Of a DNA stretch of 64,000 nt, positions 34,830 to 44,194 are shown piece by piece (position 1 is the stretch's first letter; each line of letters opens with the position of its first letter). The DNA comes from a virus. The notes under the pieces are model-generated. The model searched no databases, was not told the DNA's origin, and was given only the letters and a program-made list of their open reading frames with translations. Where the stretch lies: the IMG/VR virus record IMGVR_UViG_3300024981_000252; one strand, written 5' to 3'. The translations under genes and the position numbers were made by a program.

Positions 34830-35836
34830 TCGGCACCCCCTTGCGGCGATCCCGCTCGGCGATGGTTGTCCAGGCCCTTGCTGGCGCGCCACGCGTCAAC
34901 CGAGTTGTCGCCGTCGACGGCAACGCGCGCGGCCATAACGGCGGTCTGAACCGCCTCTTTCCAGACGTTCTTTCCTGGCTCGTCCAGCAATGCCTTAATC
35001 AGCTCGCCGAACTCTTCCGCCAGGGCTAGACCCATGATGCGGTCACCAGGGAAAAGGCGGCGTGCACGCGATAGCTCCTGCTCGACGTCCGCGATAAACC
35101 GCGCGGTGTCACGCTGTGCATCCTCCGGCACCGCATCTACCACGGGAGGCGCTGGCCGAAGCGCTTCATCACGCCCGCTGATCCGCTCACCGCGCTGGTG
35201 CAGCATCATGCAGAAATTCGCCACATCCACGGGATCTCCCTTGGTGATGTGGCTACGCAGCAGGAGGGACAAATGATCCTGGCTGCACTGCGCCTTGTCA
35301 TACCACCCTCCGCGTCCCTCGGCGCGCTTCTTGGCGAGCTTGGCCTTCATGGCGGCCGCGAAGCGGTCTACCGCCTCGTCGTCTCGGCGGCCGGCCTGCT
35401 CGGATACGAATTGGCCGGTCAAGGATGCTACCTCGGCAGGGGCAGTCTTGATGGGCGGTTGTGCTTTACCCGCCAGCCAGAACACCGCGCACAGGGCGCT
35501 ATCGGCCTTCCCCCAGACGTCATGCTCTCGCGCCATCTGCTCGAATGCTGGGTCGTCGTAGGGATCGCCAACACGGATGTTTTCGGGCTGCAGAGTGACC
35601 GTGCTCGAATCGGACGTTTCGGGGGCCGAGAGCGACACTCGGGCCGCATTCCAGGCTGCAGGACGACGTTCGCTGTAGTGCCGCGAAAGTTCGTCGTATG
35701 CGGCGACGTCCTCGGGGCGTTCCAGGTAGTCGGGTTGCGCCGCGAGGCGGGCCATCCCACGCTTGATGTCCTCAAGCGCCACGAGCTCGGCCAGTGCACC
35801 ACGAATCGGGTTAGTGCTCTCGGTTGACATGATCAT
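34826..35836 (-). CDS. Modular early protein with MazG-like all-alpha module(s) (336 aa)
   Basis: LAEEFGELIKAL...KEAVQTAVMAAR (MazG-like); KGDPVDVANFCMML block; RBS AAGGAAGG. Confidence 0.7.
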   Translation of the reverse strand: MIMSTESTNPIRGALAELVALEDIKRGMARLAAQPDYLERPEDVAAYDELSRHYSERRPAAWNAARVSLSAPETSDSSTVTLQPENIRVGDPYDDPAFEQMAREHDVWGKADSALCAVFWLAGKAQPPIKTAPAEVASLTGQFVSEQAGRRDDEAVDRFAAAMKAKLAKKRAEGRGGWYDKAQCSQDHLSLLLRSHITKGDPVDVANFCMMLHQRGERISGRDEALRPAPPVVDAVPEDAQRDTARFIADVEQELSRARRLFPGDRIMGLALAEEFGELIKALLDEPGKNVWKEAVQTAVMAARVAVDGDNSVDAWRASKGLDNHRRAGSPQGGAE

Positions 35837-36857
35837 GTCCTTCCTTCGGGGATCGGGGGAATTCGTTGTGGGTGCAGCCGTCCAGCCGCCGGCCTGCGGC
35901 TTTCTTCCCGACGCGATACAGGTCTGGTTCGTCGTCGATATGTCCGTCGTCAGCGGCGAGGCTCTCCATACCGACGCTCCATTCGCTGTTGAGCCACATG
36001 GCCGTCTTAACGATGCCCGCATGACGCTCGACATTCACCCCTGGTGTCCATTCGCCCCATTGCTTGAACAGAAACGGCACGCCGGCGGCGGCACACTGAT
36101 CGCGCAGGCTCCGGGCCCAATCGGGATGCATCGGGCGTGCGCCTGGGCCGCTCTCGCCGCCGACGATGATCCAGTCGAGGGCTGGGATGTCAGGCATCGG
36201 ATTGCCATCGTCATCCGTGCATTCCGTTGTGCCGGTCAGGGGGTAGATCTCAGCCCAGCCATTGATGTCAATGCGGGTCAGGTCTACCGGCCCCAGCAGC
36301 GGCTCCATGCTCAGGAACCGCACGCGCGCCGGCACGGCCATCAACTTCGGGATGTCGCGGTCGGCCTCAATCTGGTTGGCGATGGTGGCGCCAATCCAGA
36401 CGTTCGGCCACGGATAATCCGCCCATCGCGTCAGGCCGTGCGACATGACGTCGAGCGCGGCATCCAGCATTTGGTGGGCATTGCCGATGCGTTTGGTCAG
36501 CAGCAGCCAGTCAAGGTTCGGCGTGTCCGCGATCAGCTGCAGCAGGTCAATGCGCCACTGCGGATCCACGGCATTGTCGAATACGTCGGCCAGGCTGGCG
36601 CAGAACACGCGCCGGCGGCGGCCATGCTCGGCGACGAACGCATCGTGCTCGGCGTTCCACTTGATCGGCTGCCGCCAGTTCTCGGCACTGGTGCGCCGGC
36701 GTGGTGCGCCCGGGCCCCAGTTCGGCGCCACACCGCCGCCGAAGCGCGCGTTGCGCGTCTCGGCGTAGCAGTGGTCGCAGCCCAGGCCCATTTTCTGGCA
36801 GCCTTCCCAGGGGTTGAACGTGGCGTCCGTCCATTCGATGTTGCTGCGTTCGGTCAT
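35811..36857 (-). CDS. Phage Gp37/Gp68 (DUF5131) protein
   Basis: IEWTDATFNPWEGCQKMGLGCDHCYAE; VFCASLADVF; WLLLTKR; RFLSMEPLLG; WIIVGGESG; PFLFKQWG. Confidence 0.92.
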   Translation of the reverse strand: MTERSNIEWTDATFNPWEGCQKMGLGCDHCYAETRNARFGGGVAPNWGPGAPRRRTSAENWRQPIKWNAEHDAFVAEHGRRRRVFCASLADVFDNAVDPQWRIDLLQLIADTPNLDWLLLTKRIGNAHQMLDAALDVMSHGLTRWADYPWPNVWIGATIANQIEADRDIPKLMAVPARVRFLSMEPLLGPVDLTRIDINGWAEIYPLTGTTECTDDDGNPMPDIPALDWIIVGGESGPGARPMHPDWARSLRDQCAAAGVPFLFKQWGEWTPGVNVERHAGIVKTAMWLNSEWSVGMESLAADDGHIDDEPDLYRVGKKAAGRRLDGCTHNEFPRSPKEGHDHVNREH

Positions 36858-37210
36858 GGCCGCTCCCCGTTACGGTCGACGCGGAGGCGCAGTCCTGTCC
36901 GGATCTCGCGCAGCTGGACGCACAAGCCTGGGAGCGTGCAGTTCTCGTTTGCCCTGGGCGGCCCAGCGTTGAGCTGTTTCCCTTCGCCGAACGCCTGCAG
37001 GTTGTCGAGGAACCGGGCAAAGTCAGGCATTTCGGACAGCCACTCGCGAGAGGATCGGATGAACGCCTTGTACCGATACAGGGAGTCCTCGAGCCGCTGA
37101 AAGCGCCGGGCATTCTCGATACTGCAGACGAAATAGCCCACGGCGGCGCCCACCGAGAGCGAGGCCATGATGACGAGGGCAAAGCCGAATGAGTCAGGCG
37201 TGGGATTCAT
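36854..37210 (-). CDS. Hypothetical membrane-anchored protein (118 aa)
   Basis: N-terminal TM helix; ATGA overlap with the downstream gene. Confidence 0.6.
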   Translation of the reverse strand: MNPTPDSFGFALVIMASLSVGAAVGYFVCSIENARRFQRLEDSLYRYKAFIRSSREWLSEMPDFARFLDNLQAFGEGKQLNAGPPRANENCTLPGLCVQLREIRTGLRLRVDRNGERP

Positions 37211-37817
37211 GGGAAGGAGCCTCCAGGTTGGGGGAAGTAAGGCGGGGTTGATACCGGAGCTCGGCTGCGGCCTGGGCGCGGGCGGCGCCCATCTCCCAAA
37301 TGCGGAACCACAGCTGCACGGTAGGATCGGCGTAGCGGCCAGCGGCATCGAGCTGGCGCTGGTCGTCGGAAAGAGGCACGTCGGCCTCGAAGGCGTCGTG
37401 CGTGAAGCTGTCACCCCAGGGCAGGCCTCGCCACTTTTGCAGGGCGCTGGCCAGGGTGGGATGCTCCCACGGGGATCGGCCGCTACCCGGCCGGTACGGC
37501 CGCGGCCGAAGGACGAGCCGCAGCGTGTGAAAGCGCATGGGCCGGAGCTCGACGCGCACGCACATGTCGTGGGCGGCGAACACCAGGCGCGTGAGCGTGC
37601 CTGGGTCGGTGGTGGCGAGTTCGGGCTTGTAGACCGGAACCTCGACGCCACCCTCGACGCCGAACCACTGGACCCGGGGCCAGTCCACCGTCAACTGCTC
37701 GGGCGCCGCGGCGAAGATCGCGCACAGCAATGCGACGGCGCGTTCGTGGAACTCCGAGGGGGCCAGCGTGGGCGCGACCGTGGGGAGGAAGGCTCGGATC
37801 TGTTCGATTCGGTCCAT
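37194..37817 (-). CDS. Hypothetical phage protein (207 aa)
   Basis: RBS GGAGGA; LTRLVFAAHDMCVRVEL block. Confidence 0.65.
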   Translation of the reverse strand: MDRIEQIRAFLPTVAPTLAPSEFHERAVALLCAIFAAAPEQLTVDWPRVQWFGVEGGVEVPVYKPELATTDPGTLTRLVFAAHDMCVRVELRPMRFHTLRLVLRPRPYRPGSGRSPWEHPTLASALQKWRGLPWGDSFTHDAFEADVPLSDDQRQLDAAGRYADPTVQLWFRIWEMGAARAQAAAELRYQPRLTSPNLEAPSHESHA

Positions 37818-37827
37818 GTTTCCTCCG

Positions 37828-38286
37828 CTACAGCACCAGGCCGGCCCGGCCGGCGGCAGCGGGCGCGAACGGAATGTCGTCGTCCATGTTGCCGCCGCCG
37901 TAGGGCGATGACGCGGGCCGAGCCTGCGGGCTGGGGCCGTCGTCGTCGCGGCGCAGGCCCAGCATTTGCATGTGATCGCCGATGATCTCCGTCGTGTACT
38001 TGTCGGCACCGGTCTGGCGGTCCTGCCATTTGCGGGTCTTGAGGCGTCCCTCCACGTAGACAGAGCGGCCTTTCTTCAGGTACTCCCCGGCGACCTCGGC
38101 CAGGCGGTTGTAGAGCACCACGCGATGCCACTCGGTCTCTTCGCGGCGTTCGCCCGTGCTCTTGTCCTTCCAGGCCTGCGTGGTGGCGATGGAAATGCTG
38201 GTGATGGCGGAGCCATCCGGCATGTAGCGCACGTCGGGGTCGCGGCCGAGGTTGCCGACCAAGATCACTTTGTTAACGCTGGCCAC
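37828..38286 (-). CDS. ssb: Single-stranded DNA-binding protein
   Basis: [19 protein letters not shown]...TEWHRVV...[14 protein letters not shown]; DDDIPF tail with a short extension. Confidence 0.96.
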   Translation of the reverse strand: MASVNKVILVGNLGRDPDVRYMPDGSAITSISIATTQAWKDKSTGERREETEWHRVVLYNRLAEVAGEYLKKGRSVYVEGRLKTRKWQDRQTGADKYTTEIIGDHMQMLGLRRDDDGPSPQARPASSPYGGGNMDDDIPFAPAAAGRAGLVL

Positions 38287-38623
38287 GATGCGCTCCCAGC
38301 AGCTCGGGCACGACCTCGCCGGTATCGACGTAGTACCAGTCGGAGTCGGTCAAGTTGTTGATGAGGAATCGCTCGAACACCTCTGGCGGCTCGGCAGCAC
38401 GCGCGCGAGCCCATTTGGCGGTCGGGCCGCGCCAGGTGGGCTCCACGCCTCGCCGGCGTGCCGCGGCCAGGTTGTGGTGGCCGTCGATCAGGATGCGGTA
38501 CATGCGACCGCGCAGCTCAACGTCTTCCGTGTTGACGATGAACACCGTAAAGCGGGCGGCCTTGTCGGCGACCTTGGCCGGATCCAGGAAACGCTGGGAG
38601 CTGATGAGCGGAGGTGTCGTCAT
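38273..38623 (-). CDS. Small ParB/Srx-like protein (116 aa)
   Basis: [11 protein letters not shown] resembles the ParB-N DGHHR motif. Confidence 0.6.
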   Translation of the reverse strand: MTTPPLISSQRFLDPAKVADKAARFTVFIVNTEDVELRGRMYRILIDGHHNLAAARRRGVEPTWRGPTAKWARARAAEPPEVFERFLINNLTDSDWYYVDTGEVVPELLGAHRGQR

Positions 38624-40770
38624 GCCGAGGCCTCCGTGGCGGGGTCAGTAGCTTCGGTATCAGCGGGAGATTCCGCCATGGTTGGCGCAGGCTCCAACTG
38701 ATCGCTCAACAGGCTGGCGTGCTTACTGCCATCGTCGAACTCGACGGCGACGTGTTGGCCGTTGACGCCGGTGATCGTGCCGATCCTGCCGCAAACCTTG
38801 AGGCGCTTCCGGTTAGGGCCGCGCGAGTCTTCCTTGACGCGAACGCGATCGTCGGTCGACCATGTAGCTCTCTCGGACGTTTCCGGAGCGGGTAATTCCG
38901 CCAGGGGCGCCGATTCACCTGCCTCGGCTGACACAATCTCGTCGGGCGCATCGGAATCAGCGGAGGCCTTGGCGCGTCGCCCTTTAGCCGGCGCCTTCGT
39001 GGGCTCGGCCTTCTTGCTGGTGGTCTTCTTGGCTGTCGGCTTCATTGCGCTGACGACCTCGCGGCGCACGGCTTTGGTATTGATTCCCAGGCTTTCCGCG
39101 ATATCGACCAGCTCGACCGAACTCGGGTTGCGATACTCGTCGATCCCCAGCGCCGGCAGAACAATCAACAGCAAGAGCAGCTCGGCTAGCTGTAGCGGAT
39201 CGAGGGCGGCGAAGCGTCTCCTGACGTCGGCGAGTTCCCAGCGGCCATAGTCTGGCTTCTTCCAGCCCAGCATGTCCGCCAACTCCTTGCACGCGCGCGG
39301 ATCGGTGCGATGGAAGAGTGATGAGGCCAGGATGACTGTATGCGTCAGGCGGATCGAGCCGTCCTCGTCGTTGGCGGGTTCGCCGGCCTGCGTGGCGGTG
39401 CGAATATCCGCGACCAGGCGCTTGCGATAGGCGATTTCCTGGCGCTGCTTTTCGCGGCGCTTCTTGTTCTCGTCCCGGGTGTCAGCGGCGGAGCGGCCGC
39501 TATCTAGGCTGTTGCTTACCCTCCAGTCATTGATGCCCTGACTCTGGAGCCCTTCCGCGGCAATCTCGGCCGGAATAGCAGTCAACGCTTCGCCGCTCTG
39601 CGGATCGATAATCGTCACGCTGTGCTTGAGGTGTTCGTCGCCCAGCAACTCCCGGTACATCGGGTGTATGTGCGTGGGGGCCTGATATTCGTCGTCGCCC
39701 CCCTCGTCCTGGGTGTCCTCGAACTCTTCGCGATCGGAATCGATATCCGCGCGGTCCGCCTCGGCAATGGGCCGAACTGGCGCGGCGTCGCAGCGGTTAT
39801 CCAACAGCACGTAGCCCTTCATGCTGAACTGCCCATAGGGCATGATCCGCTTGGCTTCGGCTCCCTCAATGATCCTCTGTCCCCTGGTCTGCGCCGCTTC
39901 GAGCAGGCGGCGGCTATGCGCCTCGACCTTTTGCGCGTGGCATTCGGGATCGGTGCAGACGTCTGCACTGCCTACGTCGGAGAACAAGTCCGGATTGGCG
40001 CCGGTACGTTTCGGGCACTCGCGACACGAACCGGCCGATGGCAATAGCGCGGCATCGGCGATGGGGAACTTGGCCTGATCCAGGCGTAGCATGTATCGGG
40101 ACTTGATATGCTCGGCGGCGCGCCTGAAGGACATCGGCTCGCCACCCCATTCCCCGCCCGTGATGGTGTTGAGGGCCTCGCTCTGCATGGTGGCATTGGG
40201 CAGGCGCGCCAGAAGTAGGGCGGTGGAAGCCGTGAGCTTGTCGGCGTAGAAGGCCTCCCGAGCCTCCGGCGTCAGGGCGCATAGCTTCATCCGGGCGTAG
40301 ATGTAGGCTTTGCTCTTGCCCAGCTTGGCCGCGACCTCTTCCACGCTGTAGCCGGTCCGGTCCGCATGCGAGCGCATGAGGGCTTCATAGCCCTCGGCCT
40401 CCTCGAGCGGATGAAGGTCCTCCCGCTGCATGTTCTCGATGACCTGCAGCTCCAGGGCCTCCAGGTCCGACACGTGTACGACGCGGGCCAGGATGAACTC
40501 GTCGTCGTTTATGCCGGTGGCGCGCCAGCGGCGTTCCCCCGCGATCAGCTCGTACTGGCCCGCCAGGTCAGGGTGGGGACGCACGACGATGGGCTGCAAC
40601 TGCCCCAGTTGCTTGAGACTCCGGGCCAACTCCGTCAGCGACTCGTCGAAGAACCGCTTCCGAGGGTTGGTCTTGGAGGAATGAACGAGTGCATGGGGTA
40701 GATAGCACGTCGTGCCGTGCTCAACGGGATGTTGCATGCCCAGGCTCTCGGCGGTGGTCATGGCGTTCAT
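38620..40770 (-). CDS. Large ParB/Spo0J-family protein (716 aa)
   Basis: NPRKRF...GQLQPIVVRP...IAGERRWRA; ENMQREDLHPLEEA; HTH; CRECPKRTG...CTDPEC block; C-terminal SH3/KOW-like segment. Confidence 0.9.
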   Translation of the reverse strand: MNAMTTAESLGMQHPVEHGTTCYLPHALVHSSKTNPRKRFFDESLTELARSLKQLGQLQPIVVRPHPDLAGQYELIAGERRWRATGINDDEFILARVVHVSDLEALELQVIENMQREDLHPLEEAEGYEALMRSHADRTGYSVEEVAAKLGKSKAYIYARMKLCALTPEAREAFYADKLTASTALLLARLPNATMQSEALNTITGGEWGGEPMSFRRAAEHIKSRYMLRLDQAKFPIADAALLPSAGSCRECPKRTGANPDLFSDVGSADVCTDPECHAQKVEAHSRRLLEAAQTRGQRIIEGAEAKRIMPYGQFSMKGYVLLDNRCDAAPVRPIAEADRADIDSDREEFEDTQDEGGDDEYQAPTHIHPMYRELLGDEHLKHSVTIIDPQSGEALTAIPAEIAAEGLQSQGINDWRVSNSLDSGRSAADTRDENKKRREKQRQEIAYRKRLVADIRTATQAGEPANDEDGSIRLTHTVILASSLFHRTDPRACKELADMLGWKKPDYGRWELADVRRRFAALDPLQLAELLLLLIVLPALGIDEYRNPSSVELVDIAESLGINTKAVRREVVSAMKPTAKKTTSKKAEPTKAPAKGRRAKASADSDAPDEIVSAEAGESAPLAELPAPETSERATWSTDDRVRVKEDSRGPNRKRLKVCGRIGTITGVNGQHVAVEFDDGSKHASLLSDQLEPAPTMAESPADTEATDPATEASA

Positions 40771-40973
40771 GTGGACTCCTTGGGGGAGAGGGTGTAGACG
40801 ACGCGGGCCAGGGCGTCGGTCGCGCGCTCGAGCTCGACCAGCCGTTGGATGGCCAGGTCGGGATCAAGCGCGGGCCGATCGCTGATGCCGGCGGTTTCGA
40901 ATACGGTCAGGACGGAACGGGCGGCGGCGATCTGGCGCTTGGCGAGGTCGCGGTCGATGGGGATGTTGCTCAC
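40767..40973 (-). CDS. Small hypothetical early protein (68 aa) spanning the repeat junction
   Basis: GTG start; stop overlaps the ParB start (ATGA). Confidence 0.55.
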   Translation of the reverse strand: MSNIPIDRDLAKRQIAAARSVLTVFETAGISDRPALDPDLAIQRLVELERATDALARVVYTLSPKEST

Positions 40974-41377
40974 GCCGTGCCCCCGCCGGCTTGGAGCATT
41001 CGGGCGACCGTGGCGCTCGGTTCGGGGTCGAAAATATTGGCGGCCGTACCGTGGTTGACGAAGATGCGCCCGTCCACCAGCACGCCGATGGACCATTCGT
41101 CATCGCTGGCGGCTGATGCGTGCGTGTCGGGGGTGGCCGGCACCGTTGCAGCAGGGATAGGCCGAGGCGTGTCCGGCGGCGTGCCGGCCGATACGGCACG
41201 GTACAGACGGAACCCATCCGCCATGCCGGCGGGCGTCACTTTGGCCCGTTGGTACAGGTTGCTCAGGGTCTTGCGGACCTTCTCGACGTCGCCGCCGAGC
41301 TGGCGGGCGATGTCGTCGGCGCTTCGGGCGGACGTGCCGAGGGCCTCCAGCACGTCGCTGGATGTCACATTGCGCAT
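40970..41377 (-). CDS. wHTH protein (copy 2)
   Basis: Identical to 183-590. Confidence 0.65.
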   Translation of the reverse strand: MRNVTSSDVLEALGTSARSADDIARQLGGDVEKVRKTLSNLYQRAKVTPAGMADGFRLYRAVSAGTPPDTPRPIPAATVPATPDTHASAASDDEWSIGVLVDGRIFVNHGTAANIFDPEPSATVARMLQAGGGTA

Positions 41378-41386
41378 GGAAAACTC

Positions 41387-41611
41387 CTAGTCGTTGTCGG
41401 TGTCGCCGGCGCGGATCTTCATGAGGTCGATCACCTGGGCGGGCCGGCGGCGCCGTGGTGTAGGGGGGCGCGGACGCGCGATCGTCTCTGCCGTCACCTG
41501 CAGCGCCAGGGCAAGGCCGGGCGTGCGCAGCGCGACATCCAGACTCACGGGGAGGCGGGACTGGCGCCAGGCCTCCTCTAGGTGCTCACGATTGACGGCG
41601 ACGCGAGCCAT
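41387..41611 (-). CDS. Hypothetical protein (copy 2)
   Basis: Identical to 600-824. Confidence 0.6.
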   Translation of the reverse strand: MARVAVNREHLEEAWRQSRLPVSLDVALRTPGLALALQVTAETIARPRPPTPRRRRPAQVIDLMKIRAGDTDND

Positions 41612-41913
41612 CACATTCCCCGGTGGACCTCGAGGGGGAACTCGAGGACCGGTTCGAGGATGGCGTCGCCATCGGGATTCCTGTACGCGCAACTGAACTC
41701 GCCCGCCAGCGGGTCGTACAGCAGCCTGGCGTGGCGACGGCATTGCGCGGACGCGGCGAGGATGGTCTGGCGGTCGGCGTCAGCAAACGTGCGGATGTCG
41801 GCGCCGCGCCAGTGCAGCGCCGCAGCGCCGCCCAGGATCATCAACGCACACACGGCGATGAAGAGGCCAGCCAGCAGCACAATGGCGCGAGGGGTGAGGG
41901 TGAGTGGGAACAT
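41611..41913 (-). CDS. Hypothetical membrane protein (copy 2)
   Basis: Identical to 824-1126. Confidence 0.65.
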   Translation of the reverse strand: MFPLTLTPRAIVLLAGLFIAVCALMILGGAAALHWRGADIRTFADADRQTILAASAQCRRHARLLYDPLAGEFSCAYRNPDGDAILEPVLEFPLEVHRGM

Positions 41914-41914
41914 G

Positions 41915-42202
41915 TCAGCCTCCTAGACGTTTGAGAATGGAGCCGCGCAGGTAGGGGCCGTAGAGAAACATGAGCTCGTTCGTCGCCCCGCGTTTGGCAA
42001 GGAGGACATCGTCGAGGGCGCCCGATCTCCGGGGTAGGGTGTTGCACGCAATGCGCTCAATGGCACTAAGAGCGCCAAGGCGTCGGTCGATGTCCGTGGC
42101 GGCGGAGCCGTTCAGGCGAGCCGAATTCGAGGATTCGCGGTAGAGCAACTGCTGGAGACGGATTTCATTGAGCAGGTGCGCAGCGATGTCGGCTGGGGTC
42201 AT
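41915..42202 (-). CDS. Hypothetical protein (copy 2)
   Basis: Identical to 1128-1415. Confidence 0.6.
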   Translation of the reverse strand: MTPADIAAHLLNEIRLQQLLYRESSNSARLNGSAATDIDRRLGALSAIERIACNTLPRRSGALDDVLLAKRGATNELMFLYGPYLRGSILKRLGG

Positions 42203-42522
42203 TGCTGGCCCCCGGTGGACTGGCCCTGCAGGTCGGCGATGCGCGCGTGCAAACGCGCCTGGATTTCCACCGCGGCGAGGTTCAGCGGGTGGAGGTGGGG
42301 GTCGAGATCCCAGTCAATGCGGAGCGCGCCGGCCAGGAAGCGAGCGACGGCGTCGACCTGGACGGCGGCGCGATCGAGGAGCGCGGCGCGTTCGGCCTTG
42401 GTGCCCTGGACAAGCGGGGCGTTGACGGCGGCTCTCTCGCAGTAGCGGAGGTAGAGGAGCCCCAGGTCCGTCCAGTGATCGACGGCGCTGGCTGGCGACA
42501 GGGGCAATTCGGTGGTGGACAT
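42199..42522 (-). CDS. Hypothetical protein (copy 2)
   Basis: Identical to 1412-1735. Confidence 0.65.
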   Translation of the reverse strand: MSTTELPLSPASAVDHWTDLGLLYLRYCERAAVNAPLVQGTKAERAALLDRAAVQVDAVARFLAGALRIDWDLDPHLHPLNLAAVEIQARLHARIADLQGQSTGGQQ

Positions 42523-42629
42523 GGCGTCTCCTAACAACAGGTGTAGCGATGTTAGGTATTGCCGTACTTTGTTGTCAAGCAATACACAACTTTTTTCTGT
42601 TATCTGTATCGAAACGTCAAGGAGCGGGA

Positions 42630-42917
42630 ATGGGCGGGATTCGGGGAGCTTTGGGGACGGTCGCCTTGCTGGCGACGTTATACGGATGTGCTGGAACGCC
42701 GTTCAACTGGAACGATGCGCGCAGAATCCAGCCAGGTATGACCGAACAGGAGGTGACGGATATTCTGGGCGCGCCTATGGTGGTTCGCAGCTCGGGCGCG
42801 GGGACCACATGGATTTGGAGTCAGGGAGATGCGCTCGGGAGGTCGAGGAGCTTCTCCGTCGTCCTCAATGAGGGGAAAGTCGTCCAGACGCCTCCGATTC
42901 CCGCGAGCTTCCAGTAG
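42630..42917 (+). CDS. SmpA/BamE-like lipoprotein (copy 2)
   Basis: Identical to 1843-2130. Confidence 0.75.
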   Translation: MGGIRGALGTVALLATLYGCAGTPFNWNDARRIQPGMTEQEVTDILGAPMVVRSSGAGTTWIWSQGDALGRSRSFSVVLNEGKVVQTPPIPASFQ

Positions 42918-42998
42918 AAGTTAGTAACGTAATAATTGTTTTGTTACTTTCTGGGTAAATTTTTTTCGCCGAAATCGACGAAGACAACATTGCCCACT

Positions 42999-43370
42999 TT
43001 ACGCCGCATCGGTTTCTCGTCCGCCCGGATGTCCTTCAGAAGGGCTTTTAGTGTCTGTTGCCCCTTCGATGAAGCTAGACACCCTGTCGTCCAATTGTTC
43101 GCGCTTTGCGCTGGATAGCTCCAGGTAGTCTTCAAACCTAGCGGAGAACGGCCACCATCCCGTAGCTCCCGAGGTGCTGCCTGTAAGCAGGTGGTCGGTG
43201 CTTGTGCGCAGCATCCGGGCTAGCTTTACGAGCCGATCAATGTCCGGCCGCGTCTCGTCGCGCTCCCAGTCGGAAACCGAAGATTTACTGATTCCGAACG
43301 CAGTGGCGACATCCTGCAACGTCAGTTGCAGGTCCTTCCGTCGTTCCTTAATTCTCTTGCCCAGCGTCAT
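42999..43370 (-). CDS. cI: CI-like repressor (copy 2)
   Basis: Identical to 2212-2583. Confidence 0.88.
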   Translation of the reverse strand: MTLGKRIKERRKDLQLTLQDVATAFGISKSSVSDWERDETRPDIDRLVKLARMLRTSTDHLLTGSTSGATGWWPFSARFEDYLELSSAKREQLDDRVSSFIEGATDTKSPSEGHPGGRETDAA

Positions 43371-43446
43371 AAGGCAAAGCCTAACATTTGCAAGTTGTGG
43401 ATTGCCTGACTTAGAATGTTGTGCAATACCTAACATTGAGGCACCT

Positions 43447-43713
43447 ATGGCGATCGTTACGGAAGCCGAGCGCAACTCGGTGAGGGGCGCAATTGAAGCG
43501 TTTGGCGGGGTTGCGAAAACCGCTCGTCATTTCGAGGTGAACCGTGTCTCGGTCTACGAGTGGATCGACAGGGGCGCAGTGCCGACGGCTCGTGCGGTCG
43601 CTATTGAGCGAGACTCTGGTGGGAAGGTGTCGCGCAAGGAAATGCGACCGAGGGATTGGGCGGAGCAATGGCCCGATCTCGCTGCGAACTCTCCTTGCTA
43701 CGAACATCAATGA
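43447..43713 (+). CDS. cro: Cro-like regulator (copy 2)
   Basis: Identical to 2660-2926. Confidence 0.85.
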   Translation: MAIVTEAERNSVRGAIEAFGGVAKTARHFEVNRVSVYEWIDRGAVPTARAVAIERDSGGKVSRKEMRPRDWAEQWPDLAANSPCYEHQ

Positions 43714-43972
43714 ACTGTCATGCCCTCTTTCAGCGCGTCCTGCTCGACGCAAAGCTGGCCGAACACGGCCAGCACCGCGGCTTCTGTCGCCTCGCCCATC
43801 ACGCGCAGCGCGATTTCCCGCGCCTGTATCAACAGTCGTTCAGTTTCAGTCATACCGATAGGTTGGTGGGTCGGCCGGGTTGCGTCCATGCGTGATTTCC
43901 GAGTCGTGGGAAGTGCGTATGGCGAATGATGGAGGAGGGGGCCTTGCTCCGCTATCTCAAATTGGAGGAAAG

Positions 43973-44194
43973 ATGACAACCGCAGAATGCAAGGCGCCGG
44001 CGGTGCTGCTACCTGGGGACAGCGTTCGTTTGCCCTCTGGGGTACGCGGCCGCTTCGTGCGGTGGTCGGTGCCGTTGGCTCGTGCAATGCAAAGCGGCCG
44101 GGAGCGCGTCGCGCTGGTTCAGCTCGAGGGCGACGTTAGCGAGACGAGTTTTAGCGCGGCTTACGCCGCCAGGTTCGAAAAGGTGACCTCATGA
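43973..44194 (+). CDS. Hypothetical protein (copy 2)
   Basis: Identical to 3186-3407. Confidence 0.6.
   Translation: MTTAECKAPAVLLPGDSVRLPSGVRGRFVRWSVPLARAMQSGRERVALVQLEGDVSETSFSAAYAARFEKVTS

Larger units (their letters stand above)
1..40787. mobile_element. One complete unit (circularly permuted) of a temperate lambda-like phage genome, 40,787 bp
   Basis: Full set of immunity, packaging, head, tail, lysis and integrase genes. Sequence at 40788 (gagggtgtagacgacg) equals position 1, and the junction falls inside an uninterrupted ORF (40767-40973). Confidence 0.97.
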
